Below, one piece after another: positions 27,787-40,920 of a DNA stretch of 64,000 nucleotides. The notes under the pieces are model-generated. The model was given only the letters and a program-made list of their open reading frames with translations. It had not been told where the DNA came from and searched no databases. The first letter of the stretch is position 1, and the number at the start of each line of letters is the position of its first letter. Location: NCBI GenBank assembly GCA_951406725.2, contig OX597838.1, positions 36,580,001 to 36,644,000 of the forward strand, given 5' to 3'. The position numbers and the translations under genes were made by a program. The stretch is from Octopus vulgaris. Its lineage: Eukaryota.

Positions 27787-28844
27787 TATACATGCAGGCA
27801 TGACTATGTACAGGCAAGGCTGTTCATTTAGAAGTTTGCTTTCCAGCTACTGTGTATTAGTTTCAGATCCACTACATTGTACCTTGGGCGGCAAGTGTCT
27901 CTTTATAAAGCCTTGTGAGTGTATTTCTTATTGGAAACTGAGGGAAGCCCGTGTTTCTATGTGTGTGTTTGTCTATTTCTGTCTCCTTTCCTTTATATTG
28001 AATGATAAGTATAAGCAAGTGTCACTGACTCGCAAGCTATGTTCTTCATTTCCAGTCTTTCACGAAGACATGTCTGGTCGTAATGCAATATTACCTTGGT
28101 CGGAAGCAGGTGAGGGTTAGCAACAGGAAAAGCACCCTGCCATAGAAAATCTGTTTTAATTAATTCCATCTTACCAATGCATGTCAGGAAAATTGGACAT
28201 TAAAACCATGATGGCGATGATGTTCATTATAATAACAATACAAACATATCCGCTTGGGTCCCTATCTTCATTTCGGTCACTTTCTATCTGTGTCCCTTAT
28301 TGCTGCCCACCATCTAAAGCAGTACTACAAAAAGAGTTTGTATCTTTCTCTACCCACTGAAGAAGTCAGTAGATGCAGAAACATCCCGATGTCCAAGAAG
28401 TTTCCACTGAACTCTGTACAAACATATTTTGCTAATACGAGTAAATATTGGCTTTGTTCTTTCTGATATTTAGTTATTTATTTCACATAGATTTTGGTCA
28501 TTGTCCAATCTTAATTTCTAATTAGTTTTCGAACACAGTCTCAGTAAGTACATGCTTCATTTAGATGAATTAAGTTGTATCTTTTGAGGTTCCTGTCTGC
28601 TTAGCTATTACATATATGTATGTGTAAACATATATGTATATATATGTTGCATATATATATATATATGGATATATGTGAATATGTATATATGTATATATAT
28701 ATATATGTATATATGTATATATATATGTATATGTATATATGTATATGTATATATGTTATATATGTTGCATATATCTATCTGTCTGTCTATCTTATATGTA
28801 TATATACACATATTTATATTCCCAAACATTTGTATAGACATTCT

Positions 28845-28900
<56 letters not shown>

Positions 28901-29694
28901 CAAATAAATGTATGAATATATATATGTGTGTGAGTGTGTATACACAGCAAAAAGAACATACACTTGTATATTGAATGTTGTGTATATCGCTGTAGTTAAG
29001 TTGCTGGTATACATAGTTACGTGTGTATACACAGACACACTCATCCACATGGGCATAAATACATACACTAACATGCACACATATACATATGTATGCACCC
29101 ACACACACATGCACACACTCATACACACGTGTTTGTGTGTGTGTGTGCAGTCGGTGCAGATGTAATCAATAGGTGTCAATATTGCATAGAGTGCAGTATT
29201 ACTGACTGCTGCGCAAATATGCGTCGAGAAAAGTGCAAATATTTTCCCTCTGATAAAACAGCGAGAAATTAGCAGTGAAGCTAGGAGGTCTGAGCAGGAC
29301 TGGGAAAGTTAACACACAGAAGAGAGTAGTAATAATAATAATAATGCAATAATAATAATAATAATAGTAATAATAATAATAATATGATTATAATATAACG
29401 AGAATATAATTAAAAGAAAAATAATAAAGAACTTTAAACTAATAAACAAAAGCAGTGAATGAATTAACTGAAGGTGCTTGTTGATTATAATAGTAGTAGT
29501 AGTAGTAGTTGTAGTAGTAGTAGTTGTAGTAATAGTAGTAGTAGTAGTAGAAAAACTTTTTATGATAATCATGATAATAATCATCATCATTGCCACCACC
29601 AACACCCTCATCATCATCATCATCACCATTATCATCATCGTTATCATAACGATCATGATGTTGATGATGATGATCATCATCATCTTCATTGCAG

Positions 29695-29725
<31 letters not shown>

Positions 29726-30494
29726 TACCATCATTGTAATCGGCATCACTATCATCATAACTGTCAACATAATCATCATCATCATCATCGCCAGCTGTTC
29801 TTGGATACTTTTCATCACCCTCCTCCTCCCCTCCCCCTCCTCCTCCTCCACCTCACCACCACCACCACCATCATCATTCTCATCTTCATCATTTTCATCT
29901 TTATTTTCATCGTAATTTTCATTGTTTTCATGATTTCTTTGCTGTTTATTTTTTTTTTGTTTCGTTTGTTTGTTTATCCTTTGTTTGTTCGTTACTTTCC
30001 TTGTTTGCTCTGATGATGTCACGAGTTTGTTTGCATAAAGGAATAATAACCATTTTCTTCATCGGAATCGATTCCATTACCATTATTGTCTGAGAGGAAC
30101 AAAACCAGACTTGTGGAGCCAGCTCCATGTCCATTCTCTATCTCTCACCTTTTTTTTTAACTCCTTCTCTCTTTCCCTGCCCCTTTTACCATCTCTCATT
30201 CATTTGCTCTCTCTCTCTCTATATATACATGTCTCTCTACCTGTCTATCTATCTCTCTATCTGTCTATCTATCTATCTATCCATCTATCTATCTGTCTGT
30301 CTGTCTGTTTGTCTATTTTTATCTCTGTCCTCCCTGCTCTCACTCGTCCTATATCTCTCTCTCTCTCTCTCTTTCTCTGTTTTTTCTCTCTCTCTGTTTC
30401 CTTCTCTCTGTTTCTCTCCCTCTCTCTCTCACTCTCTATCTCTCTATCTCACTCAGTACCTATCTTTCCTGCTCTCTCATCTCTCTCTTCCTCT

Positions 30495-31512
30495 GGGAAA
30501 CTGAAAGAAGCCCCTCATATATATGTATATGTGTTTGCATCTGTGTTCCCCCCACCAACATTGCTTGACAACCAATACTGGTGTGTTTACTTTCCTGCAA
30601 CTTAGCAGTTCAGCAAAAGAACTGATAGAATAAGCACTAGGCTTACAAACAATAAGTCCTGGGGTCGATTTGCTTGACTTAAAGGCAGTGCTCCAGCATA
30701 ACCGCAGTCAAATGACTGAAACAAGTAAAATAGTAAAAGAGTAATATATACAGTAGCTGTGTTGTAAGAAGCTTGCCTCCTGAAAACATGGTTCTGGGTT
30801 CAATCCCACTGTGTGGCACCCAGGGTAAGAGTCTTCTGCTACAGCCTCTATGGGATCACCACATTTAGTGTGCAAATGTACTTTATATGCGCAGGAGTGG
30901 CTTGCTAACCAACCACATGGTTCAGGGTTCAGTCCCACAACGTGGCACCTTGAGCAAGTGTCTTCTACTATAGCCCCGGGCCGACCAATGCCTTGTGAGT
31001 GGATTTGGTAGACGGAAACTGAAAGAAGCCCGTTGTATATATGTATGTATATATATATATATGTGTGTGTGTGTGTATATGTTTGTGTGTCTGTTTGTCC
31101 CCCTAGCATTGCTTGACAACTGATGCTGGTGTGTTTATGTCCCCGTCACTTAGCGGTTCAGCAAAAGAGACCGATAGAATAAGTACTGGGCTTACAAAGA
31201 ATAAGTCCTTGGGTCTAGTTGCTCGACTAAAGGCGGTGCTCCAGCATGGCCGCAGTCAAATGACTGAAACAAGTAAAAGAGTAAAGAGTGTGTCTTTCTA
31301 TCTGTGTTTGTCCCCCATCACTGCTTGACAGCTGGTCTTTGTGTGTTTACATCTGTGCATTTGAATGACTTGGCAAAAGAGACCGATAGAATAAGAAATA
31401 GGCTTAAGAAATAAATCCCAAGTTTGATTTGTTTGACTAAAACCCTTCAAAGCTGCAGCATGGCCGCAGTCAAATGACTGAAACCAGTAAAAGGATAAAG
31501 GAAAAGAATAAA
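30495..31512 (+). mobile_element. Cluster of SINE A copies (partial, head, full-length 30889-31288, diverged 3' half)
   Basis: Four successive matches to the family A consensus. Confidence 0.85.
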
Positions 31513-31879
31513 AGAATGCATGTCCCGTTGGATGGTCATTGACTACACATCAGCTCCTCTGCCCTTCGATGGGGTATTCTTTTCTCCTGCATGGTGTCCG
31601 ACAGTTACCCACCACACCAAGCAAGCTCAGTGGGGGTTGCCAGATTAGTTTTTGATGACCTGACCATACGACAGGTTGTACTGGCTTATATGTTACCAGT
31701 TGCACTCAAGAACAACATGACCTTACACTTACATACATACATATAAGCCCTACTGCTAGCCCTTTGTCTACAGCCACAACCACACACATACACACACACA
31801 CATGTGTCATCATTGCACACACACACACGCACACGCGGACCTCCGCGCACACACATATCCACACTTACACACACATTCC

Positions 31880-32170
31880 CCCTCCACCTTTCTGCTGTCT
31901 TTGACAATACTACTCTTCTGTCTTTGAAAACATCTTTCTTCACCCTTTTCCTTCCGGTCTTTCAAAATGTGACCTCGTGTGTACCGTTGGCAATTTTTTT
32001 ATCTCTGTCTTCCCTTCTCTGGATCTTTTCTTCTCCTATGTTTCCGACGAAGAGCTCTGCTTGAAACGTTAAACCCTCCTTCTTTCCTTCTTTCCTGAGC
32101 ATCAAATAATACTATATTTGTTCCACGTCCTCGCGTTGTTGTGTTTTTTTGTGTTTTCTTGTTTGGATTA

Positions 32171-32172
<2 letters not shown>
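31880..32172 (+). mobile_element. Penelope-like hammerhead module family 1
   Basis: gttt-CcGACGA-a-gagc/tct/gctt-GAAA-c-GTT-aaac at 32040-32074; ends gtttggattaac before (TA)n. Confidence 0.7.
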
Positions 32173-32215
<43 letters not shown>

Positions 32216-32324
32216 ATATACACACACACACATCTCTCTCTGTTTATTTCTGTGTTTCTTTCTGTTAAAGAGCATAGGCTTGAAACATAAAGACTTTCTT
32301 ACTTCCTGAGCATTAAACTACAAA

Positions 32325-32440
32325 GTTACCCTCCGAGGCACAAGTCTGGGCAAGCTTGTTTATGGAAGACCAGCAGTCGCCCACACATACCAGCCTTCCC
32401 TTTCCACACCACCGCTGTCATCCAAAGGAAAGGCAAAGGC

Positions 32441-32445
<5 letters not shown>
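32325..32445 (-). mobile_element. Interspersed repeat family E fragment
   Basis: Inverted homology with 52985-53095 (tcttccataaa..a.c.tgccc.g.cttg). Confidence 0.6.
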
Positions 32446-32495
<50 letters not shown>

Positions 32496-32648
32496 AATAT
32501 AAGAGAGTGTCCACTATGTGGTCGACTCTTGCGCTAAAAATAGATCCGCTATGGTCTAAACCACCAAGAATTGTTTCCAAGGAGAATTAGCACAACTATG
32601 AATGTAAACGAGCTGGGCAAAGGAAAAATAACAAAAATGTAGATTAAT

Positions 32649-32721
32649 TCTAGACAATTGTTTCGCTATTAATGAATTATGCAATTTTACTTACATAATA
32701 TATCCATAGCTCATCAGTAGA
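32649..32721 (-). ncRNA. Type I minimal hammerhead ribozyme (Penelope-like)
   Basis: Minus strand: tcta-CTGATGA-gctat[...attatgtaa/ttgcataat...]atagc-GAAA-caattG-TC-taga. All core nucleotides are present, stems I and II pair, stem III is palindromic (acaattgt) and the cleavage triplet is GUC. Confidence 0.85.
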
Positions 32722-32939
32722 TTTTGTCTTCAATACAATTTACTAAACCGCATGCCAGATTTTAACATAACGTCAAACACACGTGTGGTTTAGTCGATTA
32801 TATTATGTTATGATTCGAATGCCCTTGCTATAGCGCGCCAAAGATTCCCGGAAACAAATAATGCATAAAAAATTTACTGCATTATAATTAAAATCCGTAT
32901 AATGGTTTATATATATATATATATAGTTACATACATAGA

Positions 32940-33131
32940 TCGCCATGATAGATCGTTAGCCACTAAACCTTTTTCTATTTTCCCTCCCTGTTTATTTTTG
33001 TGTTCTTTTCTGTCGGAGAGCATAGGTTTGAAATGTAAAAGACTCTCTTATTTCCTGAGCGTTAAATTAATACATCTGTTTGTTGTTTAAACACCTGTCT
33101 TCATCTTTTGTTTTTATTCATAAATTCTCAT
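32940..33131 (+). mobile_element. Penelope-like module family 2 (degenerate hammerhead-like motif); second copy at 32232-32322
   Basis: Both copies read tttctgt...agagcatagg.ttgaaa..taaa.gact.tctta.ttcctgagc.ttaaa; the layout parallels family 1 and this copy ends in TA repeats. Confidence 0.5.
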
Positions 33132-33314
33132 TATATATGTATCTATATTTATATGTTTATATCGGTATGAATATATACATAGATGCGCACAATCTCCTAC
33201 CAAAATACTTAAACATAAAAACATATACATATATACTTTCATCTCTATATATAAATTCACAGTGGACTGATCCGTCATAGAAAATTTAACAAAAGAAATA
33301 CACCATCTGATGAT

Positions 33315-33385
<71 letters not shown>

Positions 33386-33815
33386 AAGGCATGCACACGC
33401 ACACACACAGAGACACACACATGTAAATGTATACTTAAGTATACAGATATATGGACATGTATGTAAGTATATATATATATATATATATATAAATATGTGG
33501 GGACACGAAGACAGAGAAAAGATTGTGATACTGAAGTGGCTAATTAGACTTGTGAGTGAATATATATAGAGAGAGGTACAAACAGAGACAGCTCTATCTA
33601 TCTACCTGTCTATCTGTCTATCTATTAGTATACACATATGTATGCTTTCTCTCTCTCTCACACGCACATATATACATGCATATATATATATATACACACA
33701 TATATATATATATATATGGACTTATCATTTATATATGTGTGTCTGTGTATATATGTATGAAGAGAGAGAGAGAAAGGCTGAGTTAGTGATATATAGATAC
33801 TTATACACACATAGA

Positions 33816-33847
<32 letters not shown>

Positions 33848-33959
33848 CATACATACATATATATATATGTGTGTAGATAAATAGATAGATATATACATAC
33901 ATATATATATATGTATGTATATATATATATATATATATACATACATATATATATGTATG

Positions 33960-34078
<119 letters not shown>

Positions 34079-34083
34079 TATAT

Positions 34084-34126
<43 letters not shown>

Positions 34127-34147
34127 TATATATATATATATATATAT

Positions 34148-34225
<78 letters not shown>
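34148..34225. repeat. 78-nt poly-G run inside (TA)n (possible sequencing/assembly artefact)
   Basis: Direct count. Confidence 0.9.
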
Positions 34226-34226
<1 letters not shown>

Positions 34227-34264
34227 ATATATATATATACATACATATATATATATATATATAT

Positions 34265-34340
<76 letters not shown>

Positions 34341-34605
34341 TCATCATCATCATTATATATATATATATATATATACATACATACGCACATACATGAAGAT
34401 ATATATATAGAGAGAGAGAGAACGACAGAGAGACAGGTATGTCTGTGTGTCCCCTTCCATTACCTCGATATCAATGTAACTTATCTGGCAACCACCAATC
34501 AGTGCAGCGATTAGTTTCTCGTTCTTTGATGATAAATATTTCAGATGAGCAGAGTCAGGCTTATGAATTAAATATCACTATAAAATATGTTCACTTGCAC
34601 ATCTG

Positions 34606-34669
<64 letters not shown>

Positions 34670-34675
<6 letters not shown>

Positions 34676-34904
34676 GAAATACACCCATTCATATCCACAC
34701 GAAGAAATACACACACATAGAGAAATCATAGATGCACACACACATAAACACACACAGACACACACACACACACAAATACACACACACACACACACAGAAA
34801 TAGGCACACATGCATACACACACACACACAGAGCAATATACCCATTCATATCCACACGGAGAAATACACACACATAGAGAAATCATAGATACACAGACTT
34901 ATAA

Positions 34905-34939
<35 letters not shown>

Positions 34940-34942
34940 GAA

Positions 34943-34981
<39 letters not shown>

Positions 34982-35230
34982 TACACACAGGCACACATGC
35001 ACACACACACAGAGCAATATACCCATTCATATCCACACGAAGAAATACACACACATAGAGAAAGCATAGATACACACTCACATAAACACACACACACACA
35101 CACAGAAATACACACATAGGCACACATGCATGCACACACACACACACACACACAGAGAAATATACCCATTCATATCCACACAAAGAAATACACACATATA
35201 GAGAAATCATAGATACACACACACATAAAC
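34670..35230. repeat. CA-rich minisatellite, 4 units of ~155-180 bp
   Basis: acccattcatatccacac..agaaatacacaca recurs at ~34683, 34840, 35021 and 35164. Confidence 0.85.
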
Positions 35231-36784
35231 ACACACAGACACACACACACACACACACTCACACACACGCACACTCAAACCGTCATAAAGACATACAGAT
35301 GCGTAGACAAATCATGGATGCACACATACACACGCAACACAGAGAAATACGCATATTCAAACACACAAAGAAATACAGACACAGAAAGAAATTATATACA
35401 CACATACACACGCACAATACAGAGTGATACGCACACACACAAACAGAAATCACACCTGCACCCATGCATGCACACAGAGAAATACGCATATGTGCTAAGA
35501 AGGGGGAATGCACACATGCATAGATGAACACACAGAAAACACACATACTCACCCATACAGAGAAATACACTCACATACACACACTCTCACACACACACAC
35601 ACATAGAACAGTTTCAGACACATGCATCAGTGCAGATGCACACACATACATATATATATACACATACACATTTGCATAAGTAGCTACACACACTCACAGA
35701 AATATACATACACACATATTTGCAGACACAGATTCTCACTTGTATGCACGCACACACACACTCACACACACACATATGCATACATAAACGCAAACAGACA
35801 TATACATAAACACACACACACAAACACACACACATACACACAAACACATACAAACACACATAATCAGACACACAAACACACATGCACATATATACATACA
35901 TACACACAAACAGACACATACATAAACACGCACACACAAACACACACACATACACACAAACACACATGCAAGCACACACATACACACATAATCAGACACA
36001 AACACACATGCACATATATACATACATACACACAAACGGACACATATGCACACACACATACACACAAACACACATACACACATAATCAGACACACAAACA
36101 CACATGCACATATATACATACATACACACACAGACACATATGCACACACACGTGAGGAGAAATTTCAGACATAGACATTGACAGAGTCATGCGCACACAC
36201 TCAGAATAATACACACACACACATACACTCTTGTACTAGTAGGTGCATGCATACACGCACACACAGAAACAAGTGTGAGTGCATGCGTATATCACCATGT
36301 GTATATTTCTCCATGTGAGTGCGTGTGTGAGTGTGTGTGTATATGTGTGTGTGATTTCTGTGTGTGAGTGTGTATATGTGCGTGTGTGTGCGTGTGCATT
36401 TGTGTGTATAGTTATAGATAATTACATGCATACATAAATGCACATACATACACACATGCATTCATACAGAGAAATACACACATGCAGAAATTTACACACA
36501 CACACACACACAGGTACAGACACACACACAGTAATTCACACACAAGAACACATACACAAATAGACACATTTACTTAGAAAAATGCATACATATAGAGAAA
36601 TACACACACACAGATATGCACACAGAGAGAAATCATGGGCACACACCCCCATCGTACATATGCATACACACACAGAGGAAAATACACACACAAACAGGCT
36701 TGTAAAATTAGCCACATTCACACATAGATGAGTACGCAAACACACTAATACGAGTACAGACAAACACACACATATATATATATA

Positions 36785-36993
36785 CTCTTTACTCATTTAC
36801 TTGTTTCAGTCATTTGACTGCAGCCATGCTGGAGCACCGCCTTTAGTCAAGCAAATTGACCCCGGGACTTATTCTTTGTAAGCCCAGTACTTATTCTATC
36901 GGTCTCTTTTTGCCAAACCGCTAAGTGATGGGGACGTAAACACACCAACATCGGTTGTCAAGAAATGCTAGGGGGACAAACACAGACACACAA

Positions 36994-37068
<75 letters not shown>

Positions 37069-37223
37069 TACGACAGGCTTCTTTCAGTTTTCGTCTACCA
37101 AATCCACTCACAAGGCATTGGTTGGCCCGGGGCTATAGCAGAAGACACTTGCCCAAGATGCCACGCAGTGGGATTGAACCCGGAAACATGTGGCTGGTTA
37201 GCAAGCTACTTACCACACAGCCA
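36785..37223 (-). mobile_element. SINE family A, near full length
   Basis: Reverse complement of the family A consensus. Confidence 0.9.
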
Positions 37224-37705
37224 CACATACACACACATGCACACCCACACATACAAAGCTAGACATAAATACATACATGAAAACACGCGCGCAAACTCAT
37301 GTGATTATATACCTCCTATCTCTCTCTCTCTATATATATATGTATATATATAAACACACACACATATATATACACATATATACAGGCATACTTTCACATT
37401 GATATTCATTCACATGCAACCACACGCATGCACGCCCACATACACACACACACACAGGTGGATTCACATGATTGAACAGATTTCATATGCGAACTCATCT
37501 AAGCGAGTACAGTCTCACGTATGTGAACAGCAGAATTCGAATACAGCAACACAAGCAATTATATATTTATGCGCAGACACACAAACATATATATATATAT
37601 ATATACATACACATGTATATTTATATCTACACACACACACACACATATATATATATACATACACATATTATATACACACACACACAACACACACATATAT
37701 ATATG

Positions 37706-37771
<66 letters not shown>

Positions 37772-38273
37772 TATATATATGTACATATATGTATACACAT
37801 GTATATACAGGTTATCATCAACTCATGACCAATCGACTTTATGACAGTTGGAGTGCCAGCTCCCAGCAGCAATAATAAATAGTCCAGTTGAAATCTAATG
37901 GATTTAATTCCTTAGAAATTAACCCATCTACAGATGATGTCAGCTAACAAATGCCTCCTCTAGGTTGCTTATTGATCGCCACCGTATTTATCCCAAGTGT
38001 TGGATGAATATCTTGTCACAGAGACATTGTGGCAACCTCATATCTCTCTATATATAAACGGCAGTTTGTGTGTCTGTGTGTCTGTCAGGTTGTACCCTCA
38101 CCCTGACCACGGCTTTCAACCGATTCTGTTGAAACTTGACACACATGTAGCCCAATGTCATAATTCAAAACTAACGCAGCGAAAATTTTGAAAAGTTCCC
38201 CCAGTTCTAAAAATAATCGATAAATTCGACATGGGTCGAGAATCTAAGCTTTTTATATGCAACATCATCATCA

Positions 38274-39335
38274 TCATTGTTCGACCGTGGTCGAGACAAT
38301 GGAATTTACCATGTTGCGCCAGACTTCACGGTCCATCATAGCATTACGGAGGTCCTGTTGCTGGATGCCTGTATCCCTGGAGATTACATCAGGGTAGGAG
38401 AGTGTGCGCCCTCTGGTGTTGCGAGTAGATGGCTTCCAGAGGAGAAGAGTAGAAATTACTTCTTTTTCAGCTCTACAACAATGTCCAGCAAACTGGACTC
38501 TCCTACCCTTCACAAGAGATGACACAGGTGGTAATTTCCCATATATTTGCATTTTAGTTGGATGGCGCCTCCACGAGACATTTTGAGCTCTCATAAGGAG
38601 GCGAGTGTAGGTTCCATCCAACCGCCTCTCAAGCTTCTTTGATAACGTCCAGGTTTCTGAGCCATATAGTAGGATTGGTTCGACTGTGGCTTTGAATATT
38701 TCAAGTTTGAAGTCTCTACTTAGATTTGATGACCAGATCTTATGCATGTCATTACAGGCTGACCAGGCCATACCCTTTCTAGTTAGAAAGTCTTTTCCAG
38801 ATGATGATATGTATGACCCAAGATATTTATAATCAGAAACTATATTTAAAGGTGCACTGTTGAGAGTGTGGATGATGCAATCACTGTTGGACAGGCACTT
38901 GTTTATGTATTCTGCAGTATTCCGGCTTTGATTGAGAAAGATGACGTTTCTCCGTCAGGGGTTAAGATGGTTGAAGACGTATCTGTGTAGAGGACCTTGA
39001 TGGCAGAAATGATTTTGTCTGGTATCCCATAGAGCTTAAGGATTTCAAACATCTTGTACCTATCTACAGAATCGAACGCTTTAGAAAAGTCTACAAATAC
39101 CATTGCAAGATCGCGATTAAATGCTTTTGATTCTTCAATAAGTCTGCGTAGGCATAGTATCTGGCTCAGCGTTGAGCGCCCATGTCTGAATCCATTTTGG
39201 TTCTTTCGGAGCAAAGGTTCAACAAAAAGGACAAGACGATTTAGAATCAGTTTGTTGTACAGTTTTGCAGCAATTGACATTAGAGATATACCCCTGTAGT
39301 TGGTGACGAGGGATAAATCGCCTTTTTTGGGAGAG
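38274..39335 (-). pseudogene. RTE reverse-transcriptase remnant and C-terminal domain
   Basis: PKKGDLSLVTNYRGISLMSIAAKLYNK, QNGFR, FVDFSKAFDSV and GILQ, then a jump to EYINK...YKYLGSYI...LLYGSETW. The GD-LAP and YADD motifs are absent. Confidence 0.9.
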
Positions 39336-40920
39336 TGGGGTTATCAGGGATTTTGGCATTCTTCCCAAGGAGGTTTTTAAAATGGGTTGACCAATTTTCT
39401 AAACGCTTCTTAGCTGATCCCCCTTTAATTCTAATTGATGACCCAGAATTTTTGCCTGATAGGTCTTTGATGGATTTCCAGGCGAGATGGTGTTTTTTAC
39501 TAATGTGCTCTTTCGATAGTTTACTAATTTTGCCATTGATAAATTCGACCTCGGCGTTCAAGTAAGCCTCATCAAGATTCTTCCTGGCAGCTATGAGTTG
39601 GATCTTCAGTGACTGGGATGGAGAACGGTGGTAAGCTAGTGATATAGACTTTAGATGGTTTCTGGCTTCGATGACATTTGGGGAATTAGAAGGTTTGCTC
39701 TGGCCCCTACTCTTCCTTTTGGGAAGAGTAGCCAGTGCAACTTCCTCTGTTGATTTGATGAGGCTGCTGTATACTTCCTCAATGTTCTCAGCATCTATTT
39801 CAGAAGTAGACAGAGATTGAAATTTGTTATAGACCTCGATAGTAAATTGTTTGGACATATCGGGGTTAGATAAGACTTCCTTCCAGTCGATCATTTTGAT
39901 CGGGTGAGGCTTAGTTTTTTTGGATGAGCGAAGACTAAGCTTAACGGTAGCTGATACAATTCTGTGGTCAGAGCCGACAGAACTAAAGGAAGAGTAGGAT
40001 CTCGAGTCCTTAACACTATTGCGCCATTTCTTTCGAAAGATGAGGTAGTCAATTTGTGTCCTATCACCAAGTGGGGACTCAAATGTCCAAAGTTGACCTT
40101 TTGGTTTCATAAAAGAATTGTTGGAGGTGTAGAGATTAAATTCCTCCAAGAAGTCTTTGAGCATTTCTCCGTTCCGATTGGTTTTAGAGTTGAAAGTAAA
40201 CTTGCTCTCATCGGGTCCTAGTCTAGCATTCAGATCACCAGCTATAACCAGAAAATTATGGAGAGGTACTTGCTCAATGGTTGAACGAAGGGTTGTATAG
40301 AAATTTTCAATTTCGTCTGCCACAGACGAATTATGTGGGCTATACACACATACCAATGTTGTTTTTGGGTTTCCATCTATCTCAAGCACCATAATTCTAG
40401 GTGAGATTGACTCTATACTCAAGAGAGTATCACTAGCCTTTGATGAAAGTAGAAATCCGATACCTCCAACTGTTGAATTAACAGTATTCTTTGATGCTGA
40501 GGAGGTTACAAGTTGATAAGAACCGACTTGATGGTATTTGAGGATGTTGTCAGGGTGGTAAAATCGGTGTTCTTGGACAGCTATTATATCAATGCCATGT
40601 GATTCTGCATTTGCACCAAGTTCTTCTAGACGGCCAAGAGAGCCGAGGGTGCGGGCATTGAGGGTGCTGAGTATCGTATGATTTTTACAGCTGATGAGGT
40701 GTTTGTTTGGTGTTGTTTGGTTGGGGGCTGACTCTTCTCCATCAGGTGATACCCGTCTGTTAAGATTGAGGGCATCACCGTCAATGGATGCCCTTGGAGG
40801 TGCAACATGATCAGAGACAGGACCCGGCAAAGCAGGGGCTGGACCTACATCCGCAGGTATACCATTAGGTCTGGTTCCCTGGGGAAGAGGAACCCTGGTG
40901 CAGTTAATTGTAAATTCCAT
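39280..40920 (-). CDS. RTE ORF N-terminal part: apurinic/apyrimidinic-type endonuclease plus linker (546 aa, truncated by a frameshifting deletion)
   Basis: Motifs TLNARTL, AVQEHR, VYSP, AGDLNARLG, QIDY and SDHRIV in an uninterrupted ORF. Confidence 0.9.
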   Translation of the reverse strand: MEFTINCTRVPLPQGTRPNGIPADVGPAPALPGPVSDHVAPPRASIDGDALNLNRRVSPDGEESAPNQTTPNKHLISCKNHTILSTLNARTLGSLGRLEELGANAESHGIDIIAVQEHRFYHPDNILKYHQVGSYQLVTSSASKNTVNSTVGGIGFLLSSKASDTLLSIESISPRIMVLEIDGNPKTTLVCVYSPHNSSVADEIENFYTTLRSTIEQVPLHNFLVIAGDLNARLGPDESKFTFNSKTNRNGEMLKDFLEEFNLYTSNNSFMKPKGQLWTFESPLGDRTQIDYLIFRKKWRNSVKDSRSYSSFSSVGSDHRIVSATVKLSLRSSKKTKPHPIKMIDWKEVLSNPDMSKQFTIEVYNKFQSLSTSEIDAENIEEVYSSLIKSTEEVALATLPKRKSRGQSKPSNSPNVIEARNHLKSISLAYHRSPSQSLKIQLIAARKNLDEAYLNAEVEFINGKISKLSKEHISKKHHLAWKSIKDLSGKNSGSSIRIKGGSAKKRLENWSTHFKNLLGKNAKIPDNPTLPKKAIYPSSPTTGVYL

